64,000 bases of DNA from Candidatus Zhuqueibacterota bacterium (GTDB lineage Bacteria; Zhuqueibacterota; Zhuqueibacteria; Thermofontimicrobiales; Thermofontimicrobiaceae). Both the position numbers and the translations under genes were made by a program. The notes under the pieces are model-generated. The model ran no database searches. It worked only from the letters and a program-made list of their open reading frames with translations, and was not told the DNA's origin. Below are positions 1 to 9,527 of this stretch, in pieces. Location of the stretch: assembly GCA_049322915.1 (NCBI GenBank), contig JBMOPW010000014.1, positions 64,001 to 128,000 of the forward strand, read 5' to 3'. The first letter of the stretch is position 1; each line of letters starts with the position of its first letter.

Positions 1-1285
1 CCTTCAGTTGAGGCGTAACCTCCCTGCGTTGGTTCACCTGAATGATGGTCTTCGCAGAAGCGATGTCGGTTTCAAGGGTAGTTGTGACTTTTCGAGTAGA
101 AAAATTGATGGCAACAAGCACCTGCTGGTCCTGTTCATTTGACCGCAGAAAACTGACCACCGCACCTGGCTGGTCATTTTTTATTTTGGCGATATCCCCG
201 TCGACGAGAACCGGGTGCTTCGCTCTCAATCCGATGAGAAATTTATAAAAATTAAAAACATCGTCTCCACCGGGCCGGTTCCAGTCTATCGGTTCTTTCT
301 CAAACAAGCTCGAAAAATTTGGCTCTCCCACTTCTTGTCCGTTGTAGATGAGAGGAATTCCATCGATGGTGAAAATGAATGCAGCAAAGGGTTTGTAGCA
401 CTCGGCTCCGAAAATGTGCATTGCACGTTTTTCATCGTGATTTTCGATGAAACGCAGACGGAGCGAATCCTTTGGAAATTCGGCTTTTCGTTGAAGCAGC
501 AAATCGATGACATGCTCAGCCGGTGCGTTTGATTTGAACACATCGAGATAGGTGTAATATAAAATCCAGTCGTACGTGGAATCGAACGAAAAAACATGCA
601 TCCGTGGGTCTTCCCATTCGGCTAACATGAGCAGGTCAGGATTCTGTTCGTTTAATGCCTTTCGCGCTTCCTGCCAAAAATTTTCCGGAACCATCCCGGC
701 AACATCGCAGCGGTAACCGTCGATATGGAATTCCCTGACCCAATAGAGCAGCGCTTCTTTCATGTGCTTCCAAAGACCGGGATTCGAGTAGTTCAGGTCG
801 GTTGCGTCGCTCCAGTCCCCGATCCTTCGGGTGAATTCTCCATTCTCGTCCTGAGAAAACCAGTCCGGATGGACACCCATGGCGACATGGTCATTTGCCG
901 CGTGATTGGCGACCATGTCAATGATCACGCGCATGCCAGCTTCGTGAATTCCATCCACCACCCGTTTGAAATCTTCTTTTGTACCGTACTCAGGATTGGT
1001 TGAATAATAGTCACTGATGGAATAGGGGCATCCGAGAGTTCCCTTTCGTCCTTTCTTCCCGATGGGAAAAATGGGCATGAACCAGATAATTGTGACTCCC
1101 AATTCTTTCAATTCCGGCAGATGTTCAAGAAAGCCTGAAAAATTTCCCTGAGCACAGAAATCCCGAACGTAAACTTCGTAGATAATTCCGTGTCGTACCC
1201 AGGCGGGAGAGGGTCGGCTCGATAGATGTGATAATGGTTCGCGATAAACGACGCCATACTTTTCAAGTTTTGGAAAATTTTTCAT
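1..1285 (-). CDS. GH13 alpha-amylase family glycosidase (runs off the left edge)
   Basis: Own translation from ATG at 1285: MKNFPKLEKY...IIYEVYVRDF...WFMPIFPIG...IIDMVANH...DGYRCDVA...LAEW...RFIENHD, i.e. GH13 conserved regions I-IV. Missing from the ORF track because it has no stop in the window. Confidence 0.9.
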   Translation of the reverse strand, partial: MKNFPKLEKYGVVYREPLSHLSSRPSPAWVRHGIIYEVYVRDFCAQGNFSGFLEHLPELKELGVTIIWFMPIFPIGKKGRKGTLGCPYSISDYYSTNPEYGTKEDFKRVVDGIHEAGMRVIIDMVANHAANDHVAMGVHPDWFSQDENGEFTRRIGDWSDATDLNYSNPGLWKHMKEALLYWVREFHIDGYRCDVAGMVPENFWQEARKALNEQNPDLLMLAEWEDPRMHVFSFDSTYDWILYYTYLDVFKSNAPAEHVIDLLLQRKAEFPKDSLRLRFIENHDEKRAMHIFGAECYKPFAAFIFTIDGIPLIYNGQEVGEPNFSSLFEKEPIDWNRPGGDDVFNFYKFLIGLRAKHPVLVDGDIAKIKNDQPGAVVSFLRSNEQDQQVLVAINFSTRKVTTTLETDIASAKTIIQVNQRREVTPQLK

Positions 1286-1305
1286 ACCTGATTCGTTCCT
1301 TTATT

Positions 1306-1469
1306 TGGCGGAAGTATTGCCATTTCTTTTTCCTTCGGAGAGCATCCGTCGGGCGCCAGTAACTGATAGAAGATTACAATCGCATCGAGGCCGGAGTGGC
1401 AGCCCGAAAGGCCATTATGGCCTGCCGATGCGGAAGGAGTGCGACAGCAGTTAGCCGGATGTCCCGCCA
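1306..1469. ncRNA. Candidate structured RNA, 6S-like rod with central bubble
   Basis: Nested pairings gcatccg(1342)/cggatgt(1456), taactg(1360)/cagtta(1448), 15+15 nt unpaired bubble, cgcatcg(1381)/cgatgcg(1426), aggcc/ggcct, apical cc-gaaa-gg. Confidence 0.4.
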
Positions 1470-1493
1470 TATCTCGAATCAATGATCCTCACA

Positions 1494-4376
1494 TTATTTC
1501 ATTTTCTTTTTTGCTAGCACTAACGATTCCAGACGATCCTGGGCTTCTTTCAAATTTGGTTTCAGTGTAAGCGCCTGGCGATACATATTCTCAGCCTGAT
1601 CCAGGTTGCCCAGGATTTCAAAATTCAATCCAAGCCCGAAATACGCCGGCACATAATGATCATCGATTTCAAGGACTTTTTTGAAACAGGCGATACACTC
1701 TTCGTAGCTACCTTTTTGAAAGTATACCTTAGCGTTTTCAGCATATTCGGCTAATGTGCTCGGTGAGGTTATGAGCAGCGGATTGAAATGTTGATCCAAA
1801 AACCGAGCGGCGCTCTGATCGGATTTATTTTTTATATAAATAGACCGGTAAATTTGAAGCGCTATATCACGCTCGTTGAGAATTTCATAACTGATCGCCT
1901 CGAGAATGTCCCCTGCATTTCGATAATAACTGTCCAGAACAAATTTAATGGCCTGCCGCTGTTTGAAGGTGGAATCGATGTTTGTCAGAAATGGATACAC
2001 ATATTCCCGGTAACTTTTGAAAATCTGAATTTTCTGGTACCACGTCACCGGATCATCGATCGTCCGTGAGGTTGAAAACTCAAGCACTGGTCTGTTTTCT
2101 CGGTTGATGCGAACGCCGCTGGTGGCTTTTTGAAGCACCTCCGGGCCCATGACAAAACAGTCAAGAATTTCGAAAACATTATCCAGACGCGCCTGGCTCA
2201 GGCTGGTACTGATTTCATGTTGATTGATCCGTTGCTGCATCAGGCTGAAATCAATGAACTGGTCGGTCTTCATGAAGCCAATGAGCACAGCGATTTCACT
2301 TTTCCAATTGTTGTTATACCACAGGGACGTGGCAGGAAAAACAGATTGAAAAGTTCGAATTAAAATTTTAAAATCTTCGATTGAAATTGAATTCAGCGGA
2401 ATCACACTGGCAATGATACCATCCGGTTTCAGCCGGCGATGGCAGGCCTTGAAATAATCCTGTGTGAAAAAGTGAGCCATGCTGGAGTATTTTGGGTGAC
2501 GATAGTCATTGATGATGACTGCAAATCTGGTGTCAGTATGGGAAATAAAATTGTACGCTGGGCTGTGCTTTATAGCGAGTTTTTCGTTTGACCGTTCCCG
2601 ATAGTCAATGTCCTTGAACAGTGCCGCAGTTGCAATGACCTCAGAATGGGATTCCAGGCAATATGTTTTTTTAATGCCATATTGTTTCGATATCTTCGAA
2701 CATTTCCCTGTGCCCAGGCCAACAATAGCGATGGTATCGGGATTGGGGTGGAGCAGAATGGGAAGGTTAATTTGAATTGCATGGTTATTAAGAAATTCGG
2801 GAGAGGTTCCGTCAATATCCACGCCGTTGGTTGCAAGGGTTAAATAGTTAACAAGCGAATCCTGGTGAACAGTGACGGTTGTTGAAGGGCCTTCCATCGT
2901 ATAAACTATTTTGTCGTTCTTCCTGTCGAAGTGATAAAGTCGTAAAATCATGTTCGAAGGAATGAAAAAGGTGGACACGAATAGTACAACGACGAGGACG
3001 AACCAGGATATTGTCTTTGTCAGTTTACCATATTTGAGCGTTGAAAGAAAAAGAATTACCAGTCCGATGAGCGAATTGAAAAGTGCGTTGAAGAGGATGC
3101 TTTTTTGAATGCCCAGATTGGGGATAAAAACGAAAAGCACGAGCAGAATCCCGACGATAGCGCCCAATGAATTAATGGCAAAAATAATTCCGACTTTATA
3201 ACCGCGTCTTTCAAAGTTGGAAATGGATGTTTTTCCAACAATTGGGAAACTGGCGCCAATAAAAAAAGAAGACAGTCCGCATACCAGAACGACGTCGATG
3301 ATATAAATAAAAATGAGCCATGCCCAGGAGTTTGGCTTCTCCGCGAGTCCTGAAAGACTGGAATTCAGGTCTGGCAGTTTGGGCAGAATGAGCACAGATA
3401 ATACAGTGAAAGCACCAATAGCGATTTGAATGATTCCGAACACCGGGAACAGATTTGTCAATGTTCTGAAAATTCGGGGGAAAAGTATAGAGCCGATGGC
3501 CAGACCGATGAGAAAGACCGTGAGCACTATTGAAAAGCTATAGGAATTGCTACCGATGATGTAAACAAGACTTCGATTCCATAATACGAGATTGGCCAAA
3601 GCGATGAAACCGGAAATTCCAAAAGCCAGATTAATCACAAAACCCAATTTTATAGATTGGACTGTGTTAATCGGGTCCAAATGCTTCAATTTCTGATTGT
3701 AGAATTCAGCTTCTAATGACAGGGTCGAACCGAGTTTATTCAGCAATACTTTTACAATGAAGGCATTGAAGAAGAATAGAGTCGCTGCAAATATCAAGCT
3801 TTGCTTGACGCCGAGTATTTGCAGGAGGATAAATGTGGTCAACAGGTAGCCGAATGAAACACCGATTAAATTTAGTCCGAATAGGTTGCCCACAGCCTGA
3901 CCGACACTCATCGATGATCGAATGAAAAACCGACTGAGTATGGGAAATGTCCCACCGATAAAAATGGCAGGAATGACGGAGAAAATAAACACGAAGGTTG
4001 TCTTATAAAACGATAGAATAAATGATTGATCGCCAAAGTTCTGAAATACAGATTTATAGATGAGATTCGAAAGTGGATGAATGAAGAAGAAAAGAATGAT
4101 ATAAATTCCAATGCCTAATTGAAGATAAAGGAATGTCACGATTTCATTGTTCGATGTATCAATTTTCTTCCCGAAGAAATACGCGCCTGCAGCGATGCCA
4201 CAAAAAAACCCGGTCACGATGACAGCGCCGGTGAAGACTGAATCGTAGTATGATAGCGACAGCAACCGGTGAAGGACTAACATCAAAATGGCAGTTCCAA
4301 AGCCGGAAATCCAGTAAAGAATAAAGAGTGTTTGCTTTAAAATTGAGCGGCGAAAATAACCCGAATCCTTAATCAT
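1494..4376 (-). CDS. Fused MFS-like membrane domain / spermidine synthase-like methyltransferase with C-terminal TPRs
   Basis: Two tandem multi-TM blocks (G.TFP.L repeats), then EGPSTTVTV..NG, IVGLGTG, FFTQDYFKACHRRLKPDG and TPR-like AYFGLGLNFE..GNLDQAENMY. Confidence 0.85.
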   Translation of the reverse strand: MIKDSGYFRRSILKQTLFILYWISGFGTAILMLVLHRLLSLSYYDSVFTGAVIVTGFFCGIAAGAYFFGKKIDTSNNEIVTFLYLQLGIGIYIILFFFIHPLSNLIYKSVFQNFGDQSFILSFYKTTFVFIFSVIPAIFIGGTFPILSRFFIRSSMSVGQAVGNLFGLNLIGVSFGYLLTTFILLQILGVKQSLIFAATLFFFNAFIVKVLLNKLGSTLSLEAEFYNQKLKHLDPINTVQSIKLGFVINLAFGISGFIALANLVLWNRSLVYIIGSNSYSFSIVLTVFLIGLAIGSILFPRIFRTLTNLFPVFGIIQIAIGAFTVLSVLILPKLPDLNSSLSGLAEKPNSWAWLIFIYIIDVVLVCGLSSFFIGASFPIVGKTSISNFERRGYKVGIIFAINSLGAIVGILLVLFVFIPNLGIQKSILFNALFNSLIGLVILFLSTLKYGKLTKTISWFVLVVVLFVSTFFIPSNMILRLYHFDRKNDKIVYTMEGPSTTVTVHQDSLVNYLTLATNGVDIDGTSPEFLNNHAIQINLPILLHPNPDTIAIVGLGTGKCSKISKQYGIKKTYCLESHSEVIATAALFKDIDYRERSNEKLAIKHSPAYNFISHTDTRFAVIINDYRHPKYSSMAHFFTQDYFKACHRRLKPDGIIASVIPLNSISIEDFKILIRTFQSVFPATSLWYNNNWKSEIAVLIGFMKTDQFIDFSLMQQRINQHEISTSLSQARLDNVFEILDCFVMGPEVLQKATSGVRINRENRPVLEFSTSRTIDDPVTWYQKIQIFKSYREYVYPFLTNIDSTFKQRQAIKFVLDSYYRNAGDILEAISYEILNERDIALQIYRSIYIKNKSDQSAARFLDQHFNPLLITSPSTLAEYAENAKVYFQKGSYEECIACFKKVLEIDDHYVPAYFGLGLNFEILGNLDQAENMYRQALTLKPNLKEAQDRLESLVLAKKKMK

Positions 4377-4519
4377 AGAAATTTGTAGCCCGCTGAAATG
4401 TGAATAGGTTCTGCCTCTGACGCCTTCGCTTTTAAATCAGAAGGACCCCTCTGGATTTTACACATCCGACCTGAACATGTTTCTGTTTCATGGATGAACA
4501 GTTGAAAAAAAGAAAGTAG

Positions 4520-4547
4520 AATATACAAAACTTAATTAATAATGCAA
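4520..4547 (-). promoter_or_regulatory. Putative sigma70-type promoter
   Basis: Minus strand TTGCAT-N16-TATATT in AT-rich DNA upstream of the 4376 gene. Confidence 0.35.
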
Positions 4548-4670
4548 ATAGTATTTTGAGTGAATCAAATTAAAATCTCAAGTGAAAAAATGGAGAATGG
4601 GAAATGAGCGAGTGATTTTTATGTACGCAGAGAAAGCAGTCAAATCGGCGGAATAAAGCGGAGAAAATAA

Positions 4671-4719
4671 AAATAGCGATGTCTTCAAGTCAGGGCCAGC
4701 AGAGAAAACATCGCTATTT
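4671..4719 (-). terminator. Putative intrinsic terminator
   Basis: aaatagcgatgt/acatcgctattt inverted repeat just past the 4743 stop, followed by a U-rich run on the minus strand; the loop is large. Confidence 0.5.
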
Positions 4720-4742
4720 AACGGGTATATTTAAGAGTGGGA

Positions 4743-5348
4743 TTACTTTAGCAAGCACATCTTACGGAAATTTTTATAATTAATTTTAATCTCTTTTGAC
4801 ATATCGAACCAGCCTGGCAGCAGAATAATACCCTGATGCACTTGCGCTTCTGTTATCTGTCCTCCAAACGGAGTGGATTCATCCAGAGGAAACATATCGG
4901 TGCTTTCAGGATTGTTGCTGGGGGACCAGTGTTTTCCATCCTGTTCAAATACAAGCCATTCCGGGTGGAAATCAACTTCGACAAATGGCATAGTAGAAAC
5001 GGAAAAAACCAGCGGCGTCACCGGGTTGCTGATTATTTGATGTGCCGCATTCACAATTCGTATATCATAAGCGATGAGCATCGTCAAATCTAATTTGCCC
5101 TCAGCATTGGTGCGAATGAACAGAGGTGTTACCTGCGTGGTTCCGGGAATGGTTTTATAAATTTCGGAATTGGCGTTTACATTGAGTACGCGAAGAAAGC
5201 GCATGGTCAATTCATTCTTCGGAGCTGCGATTGCCGACGAGATAAGAACAAACGACAAACACGTCCACATCATCATCCCTTTAAAACTCGACTTCATAGT
5301 TTTCCCTTTCAAAATAATCAATCCATTTTCTTGTCGTTCAGTTTTCAT
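4743..5348 (-). CDS. Hypothetical secreted protein (true start probably MKSSFK near 5297)
   Basis: Signal-peptide-like MKSSFKGMMMWTCLSFVLISSAIA-A; no family recognised. Confidence 0.7.
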   Translation of the reverse strand: MKTERQENGLIILKGKTMKSSFKGMMMWTCLSFVLISSAIAAPKNELTMRFLRVLNVNANSEIYKTIPGTTQVTPLFIRTNAEGKLDLTMLIAYDIRIVNAAHQIISNPVTPLVFSVSTMPFVEVDFHPEWLVFEQDGKHWSPSNNPESTDMFPLDESTPFGGQITEAQVHQGIILLPGWFDMSKEIKINYKNFRKMCLLK

Positions 5349-5362
5349 TTCGACTTACATTT

Positions 5363-5379
5363 ATGCAACTAATATGCCA
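5363..5379 (-). promoter_or_regulatory. sigma54 (-24/-12) promoter
   Basis: Minus strand TGGCAT-ATTAG-TTGCAT with exact GG-N10-GC spacing, preceded by about 300 bp of AT-rich DNA. Confidence 0.7.
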
Positions 5380-5698
5380 TGATTCTGGCTGAGTTTTTAA
5401 TTGATGAAAAATAAAAGAGTTAATCAATTTCTAAGTTCCGATTGTTATCTAAAAAATTCACTAAAAATTAGCTTTGAAAGAGACACTGTATCAGTGATAA
5501 AACACATTGAATAATGAGATCGGAGATCCTGACTGAAATTTCTTCTCTCTAACACGATTTAATATAATGATGTTGAGGAAATTAAAAAGTGTTATGGCTC
5601 ACTTTTTCAGAATGTTATAAAAAGTTGATTATTCTATGTTACACGTGGTATGAATTTGGGACAAAAATGTAGGATGTAGAAAGTATGTTTCAATAAAG

Positions 5699-7012
5699 TT
5701 ATGAGGTTTTATTAAAAGAATGCGACTTTTTATCCGGTACTTTGTTCAGAATGAGAAGCCCTATCAGTATTAATAGACTGAGAGAAAAGATAGCCGCTTT
5801 GTATTTGAATACATCTCCATATTCGCTGAATAAACTCACGATGCCGGCCCAAACCAGAGGGCCGAATATGGCGGCCAATTTTCCTGACAAAGAGTACAGT
5901 CCAAAGAATTCGCCCAACATTTCTTTCGGCACAAGGGAAATAAGCAGCGGTCGCGCGGATGTCCAGGTTGAACCCATGAAAATACCGATTAATCCGCCGA
6001 GAACCCAGAATAGCCATGCTTTCATCGTCAGCACCAGCGCAGTCAGGCACACAATCCAACCGATGAGAACGATCATTAATGTCCGCTTTGGCCCAAAATG
6101 GTCGGTCATAATTCCGAAGAAAGCAGATCCAATGATGGCAGAAGGGATGAGAACTATAAAAAAATTAGTCGTACTGCTGGCTGAAAATCCCATGACTTTC
6201 TGAGTGTAAACGGCCATGAAAATAATGACCGTCTCGATGGCATCTTCATAGAAAAATTTGGCGACTAAAAAGCGGGCAACGCCTGGATATTTTTTAGTGT
6301 TGGAAATTCCATCCAGCACCTTTCTGAATGAATTTTTTATGCCCAACCGTTTGACACTGAGTTGTGATTTAGTTGGCTCATCTTTCACAAAAAAGAAAAT
6401 TGGCAAGGCAAAAATCAAGAACAGCAGGGCGGTTGGAATGAATGCTGCGACGCTTCCTCCCGAGTTGAGAAATGGGATGTTCAGTCCCGAGAAATGGCCA
6501 TTCACAAACGGCCGGACCAACAGCAGGCCGACGATTGAGCCGAGGTATCCCACGGCAACGCCATACCCTGAAACACGTCCAATGCTTTTTTCCGAACTGA
6601 CCTGAGGCAGAAGGGCATTATAAAATACCAGTCCTCCCTGGTACGAGTAATTCGCAATGACGAAGAATACAATGGCCCAGGCTACCATTGTCATTTTACC
6701 TGAGAAAGCATAGCCTGCAATGCCAATGCCGGCTGTGAACACGATACAAATCAGGGTATAGAGAAGCAGGAAGGGCATCTTTCGTCGATACCGATCCGAA
6801 ATCTCTCCCAGAATTGGTAAAGTGAGCGCGACCAGGATCATGGAAAACGAATTGGCGTAGCTGACATAATGATCGCCCAGCGCCAGTTCGACAACGATCC
6901 ATGTGGTAAAATACATGGAAACGACGTTCATGGAATAGATCGTATTGGCAAAGTCGTAAAGGATCCATGATAAAGTGGCGACGAGAGCGGGTTGTCTGTT
7001 TGATTCGTTCAT
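5699..7012 (-). CDS. MFS transporter, UMF1/Atg22-like
   Basis: SWILYDFAN, FYNALLP, GRVSGYG.A.GYLG, GEFFGLY..SGK; about 12 TM. Start moved to MNESNR because the longer start overlaps a terminator. Confidence 0.88.
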   Translation of the reverse strand: MNESNRQPALVATLSWILYDFANTIYSMNVVSMYFTTWIVVELALGDHYVSYANSFSMILVALTLPILGEISDRYRRKMPFLLLYTLICIVFTAGIGIAGYAFSGKMTMVAWAIVFFVIANYSYQGGLVFYNALLPQVSSEKSIGRVSGYGVAVGYLGSIVGLLLVRPFVNGHFSGLNIPFLNSGGSVAAFIPTALLFLIFALPIFFFVKDEPTKSQLSVKRLGIKNSFRKVLDGISNTKKYPGVARFLVAKFFYEDAIETVIIFMAVYTQKVMGFSASSTTNFFIVLIPSAIIGSAFFGIMTDHFGPKRTLMIVLIGWIVCLTALVLTMKAWLFWVLGGLIGIFMGSTWTSARPLLISLVPKEMLGEFFGLYSLSGKLAAIFGPLVWAGIVSLFSEYGDVFKYKAAIFSLSLLILIGLLILNKVPDKKSHSFNKTS

Positions 7013-7045
7013 TCGAAATGAATTGAAATTAGCGATTCGTTCAAT

Positions 7046-7087
7046 AAAAAACCGCATCTCAAAAGCGAAGATTGGATGCGGTTTTTT
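7046..7087. terminator. Intrinsic terminator ending the mgl operon
   Basis: aaaaaaccgcatc/gatgcggtttttt 13-bp inverted repeat with A and T tails. Confidence 0.65.
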
Positions 7088-7109
7088 AAATTTTACATTG
7101 AGTTCATAG

Positions 7110-7481
7110 TTATTCCGATACTTCCTGAATCAATCGGACCAGTCGATTTGTCAATCCGCGATAGGTTTTCTGAGGCGGAATGATCAGAGCAAGGACAACA
7201 GACTGTTCGAACGCATGGAAAAAGCGGAAAATAATCTTTCGCTTATTAAGACCCTCAATCGTTAATTCATGAATTTCAGAGATGCCTCCCATCACGTCAG
7301 CCATCCTCTGGATTTCCTGAAATTGAATGGACAATTCAACAAGTCGATCTTCGGGAACGATTTCATTGCTTTTTGCCTGGGCTAAAGACAGCCCCTCCTG
7401 GGAAAGCAAAAAAGCCATTTCATAATTTCCTGATTTCATGACTTCGTTCATAAAATTTTCTATTTTTTCCTGAGGTCCCAT
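7110..7481 (-). CDS. Roadblock/LC7-like protein (second MglB-like or MglC-like)
   Basis: 123 aa with AFLLSQEGLSLA roadblock-type strand-turn, directly downstream of mglA. Confidence 0.6.
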   Translation of the reverse strand: MGPQEKIENFMNEVMKSGNYEMAFLLSQEGLSLAQAKSNEIVPEDRLVELSIQFQEIQRMADVMGGISEIHELTIEGLNKRKIIFRFFHAFEQSVVLALIIPPQKTYRGLTNRLVRLIQEVSE

Positions 7482-7508
7482 GAATATCTCCGTTTTGGAA
7501 ATTTGAAT

Positions 7509-8093
7509 TTATACCTGTTGATGGATCCTGTTAACTACCTGGTTGATGATAGACTTGAGTGTTTCAAAAACACCAATTCCCTGAGTGGCTACGGTTTCAA
7601 AATAAGGTGCGTTGTGGAAATTTAAGCTTCTTTGAAGGGTTCTCAGGCTTTCACGGTTGGGCAAATCCTGCTTATTGAATTGAATCACACACGGAAAGCT
7701 TTGAATCGTCTGGCCCATGCTGATCAAATTTTGCTCCAAATCCAGCAGGGTATCCAGATTATCATCCATTCTTCCTTTTTGGGAATCAGCGACAAAAACG
7801 ATACCATCGACTCCTGCTAAAATCAGTTTTCTACTGTGTTTATAATACACTTGGCCCGGCACAGTGTACAAATTGAAAATTGGTTTCTTGCCCTGTATTT
7901 TACCCACTTCAATTTGAAGAAAATCAAAGAAAAGAGTACGGTCTTCCTTTGTATTTAAACTGATTAAATCTCCCCTCAGCGCTGGATCTAATTTATTGTG
8001 GATAAAGCGGAGGTTTGTGGTTTTGCCACTTAGTCCCGGTCCATAATAAACTATCTTAATTGTAATTTCTTTCCGAGCCCAATTTATGAACAT
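7509..8093 (-). CDS. mglA: MglA-family small Ras-like GTPase
   Basis: KIVYYGPGLSGKTTNL, DRTLFFDF, LYTVPGQVYY, DGIVFVADSQ, NKQDL. Confidence 0.93.
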   Translation of the reverse strand: MFINWARKEITIKIVYYGPGLSGKTTNLRFIHNKLDPALRGDLISLNTKEDRTLFFDFLQIEVGKIQGKKPIFNLYTVPGQVYYKHSRKLILAGVDGIVFVADSQKGRMDDNLDTLLDLEQNLISMGQTIQSFPCVIQFNKQDLPNRESLRTLQRSLNFHNAPYFETVATQGIGVFETLKSIINQVVNRIHQQV

Positions 8094-8147
8094 AAGAACA
8101 ACAATGAATCGAGGTTGGGAGCATTTTATCTGGTGAACTGTTCACTA

Positions 8148-8657
8148 TTAAAACTTGAAGGCTTTATCTAATTCTTCATTGAGGTATTTATTAAAATCGA
8201 CGTCGACGAATTGAGTGCTTTTTTGTTCATCTGCCTTTACATTGTCCAGAAGCAGGTGGAGAGCGTCAATGGCGCGTTTTGTATAAATTCGGATCATCCC
8301 CAGCGCAGTCTGCGAATCGAAAATGAGAATCAGTAGAAAATTATCTCCGACGTTGGACAGGTAAACGTTATATTTTTCACCTTCGTGATAGATGAATTTG
8401 AACTGCTGCTTTTCACCAATGATTTTTGCAATTTCAGACGTGGCGGAAAAATCGCCGGCAGCCAGGGCTGCCATGTTTGAAATATTCAAATCGGCCGCGT
8501 TACCACGCTGCGTGATGGGATGGCCATTCATGTCAGCGAAAATAATTGTACGGGCTCGGGTTTTGGTTGCCAATTCAGATAAAATCTCTGAAATCGACTT
8601 GTACATTTCTCCCGAAAGTACAATGGACTGTCCATTTCCTCCATGTTCCCAATTCAT
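8148..8657 (-). CDS. mglB: MglB roadblock/LC7 GTPase-activating protein
   Basis: AALAAGDFSATSEIAKIIGE, YHEGEK, LGMIRIY; acidic C-terminal helix; immediately upstream of mglA. Confidence 0.88.
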   Translation of the reverse strand: MNWEHGGNGQSIVLSGEMYKSISEILSELATKTRARTIIFADMNGHPITQRGNAADLNISNMAALAAGDFSATSEIAKIIGEKQQFKFIYHEGEKYNVYLSNVGDNFLLILIFDSQTALGMIRIYTKRAIDALHLLLDNVKADEQKSTQFVDVDFNKYLNEELDKAFKF

Positions 8658-8699
8658 AGTTGTTGTTCTCCATAGATTAAAGCGGTTTCCCCGGGAAGA

Positions 8700-9428
8700 T
8701 CACCTTCCCACGAATATTCTTTCTGCTAAAAATTCTGGCAAACCAAATGACCGCATCGCGTCATAGGTTTTATGTATGTCATAGCTGATTCGCTTGAGCT
8801 GATAACTTCGCGTTTGAGTATCGAATATCCCGAATGCGGATTTAGGATTATTGTCTCTCGGCTGTCCCACGCTCCCCACATTAATTATGTACCGATGACC
8901 CTCCTTGATCTCCAATTCTCTGTCAGTCGTGAAGGAATAGTTGGCGTCCCTGTTCTCGATATAAATAATTGGCTGATGAGAATGCCCAATGAAACATAGT
9001 TGCTCATTGAATTTAGAGAAATTGAAAATCGCATCGTCGATAGATAAAATGTAATCCCAGGAACTCGGTGCATACGGGTTCGAATGGACAAGACAGTAAT
9101 TATCTCCTTTGTGTTCCAGCGGGAGATTGGCAATTTCCCGCAACGTTTCGTCTGATAATTGGGTCACCGTCCATTCAATCGCTTCTTTGGCAAATTGATT
9201 AAAATATAAAAGTTCTGATTTTTCTATACAGGCAAAGTCGTGATTTCCCGTAAGAATGACTTCGCAATTTTGCTTTACGAGATTCAGACATTCATTGGGA
9301 AAAGGCCCATACCCCACAACGTCGCCAAGGCAAAATATTTTATCGATATGCTCTTTTTCGATCAGCTTTAAAACTGTCTCTAACGCTTCGAGATTACTGT
9401 GGATATCAGAAATAATGGCATATCGCAA
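8700..9428 (-). CDS. Calcineurin-like metallophosphoesterase
   Basis: SDIHSN, LGDVVGYG, GNHD, GHSH, INVGSVGQPRD. Confidence 0.92.
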   Translation of the reverse strand: MRYAIISDIHSNLEALETVLKLIEKEHIDKIFCLGDVVGYGPFPNECLNLVKQNCEVILTGNHDFACIEKSELLYFNQFAKEAIEWTVTQLSDETLREIANLPLEHKGDNYCLVHSNPYAPSSWDYILSIDDAIFNFSKFNEQLCFIGHSHQPIIYIENRDANYSFTTDRELEIKEGHRYIINVGSVGQPRDNNPKSAFGIFDTQTRSYQLKRISYDIHKTYDAMRSFGLPEFLAERIFVGR

Positions 9429-9527
9429 TTAGCAACTCCTTATTTACTGGTTCAAAATTTCAATTAAATATAATTGTTAATTTACATTTATGCAAGAATA
9501 ATTTTACATTTTTCAAGAAAGTAACTT

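Noticed and set aside
42..1003. Short ORFs in the track at the left edge
   Set aside because: They overlap the GH13 reading frame on the minus strand, which carries all conserved motifs.
1388..1423. Apical hairpin as SRP RNA
   Set aside because: Lacks the SRP domain IV CAGG/GGAA/AGCAG arrangement on either strand.
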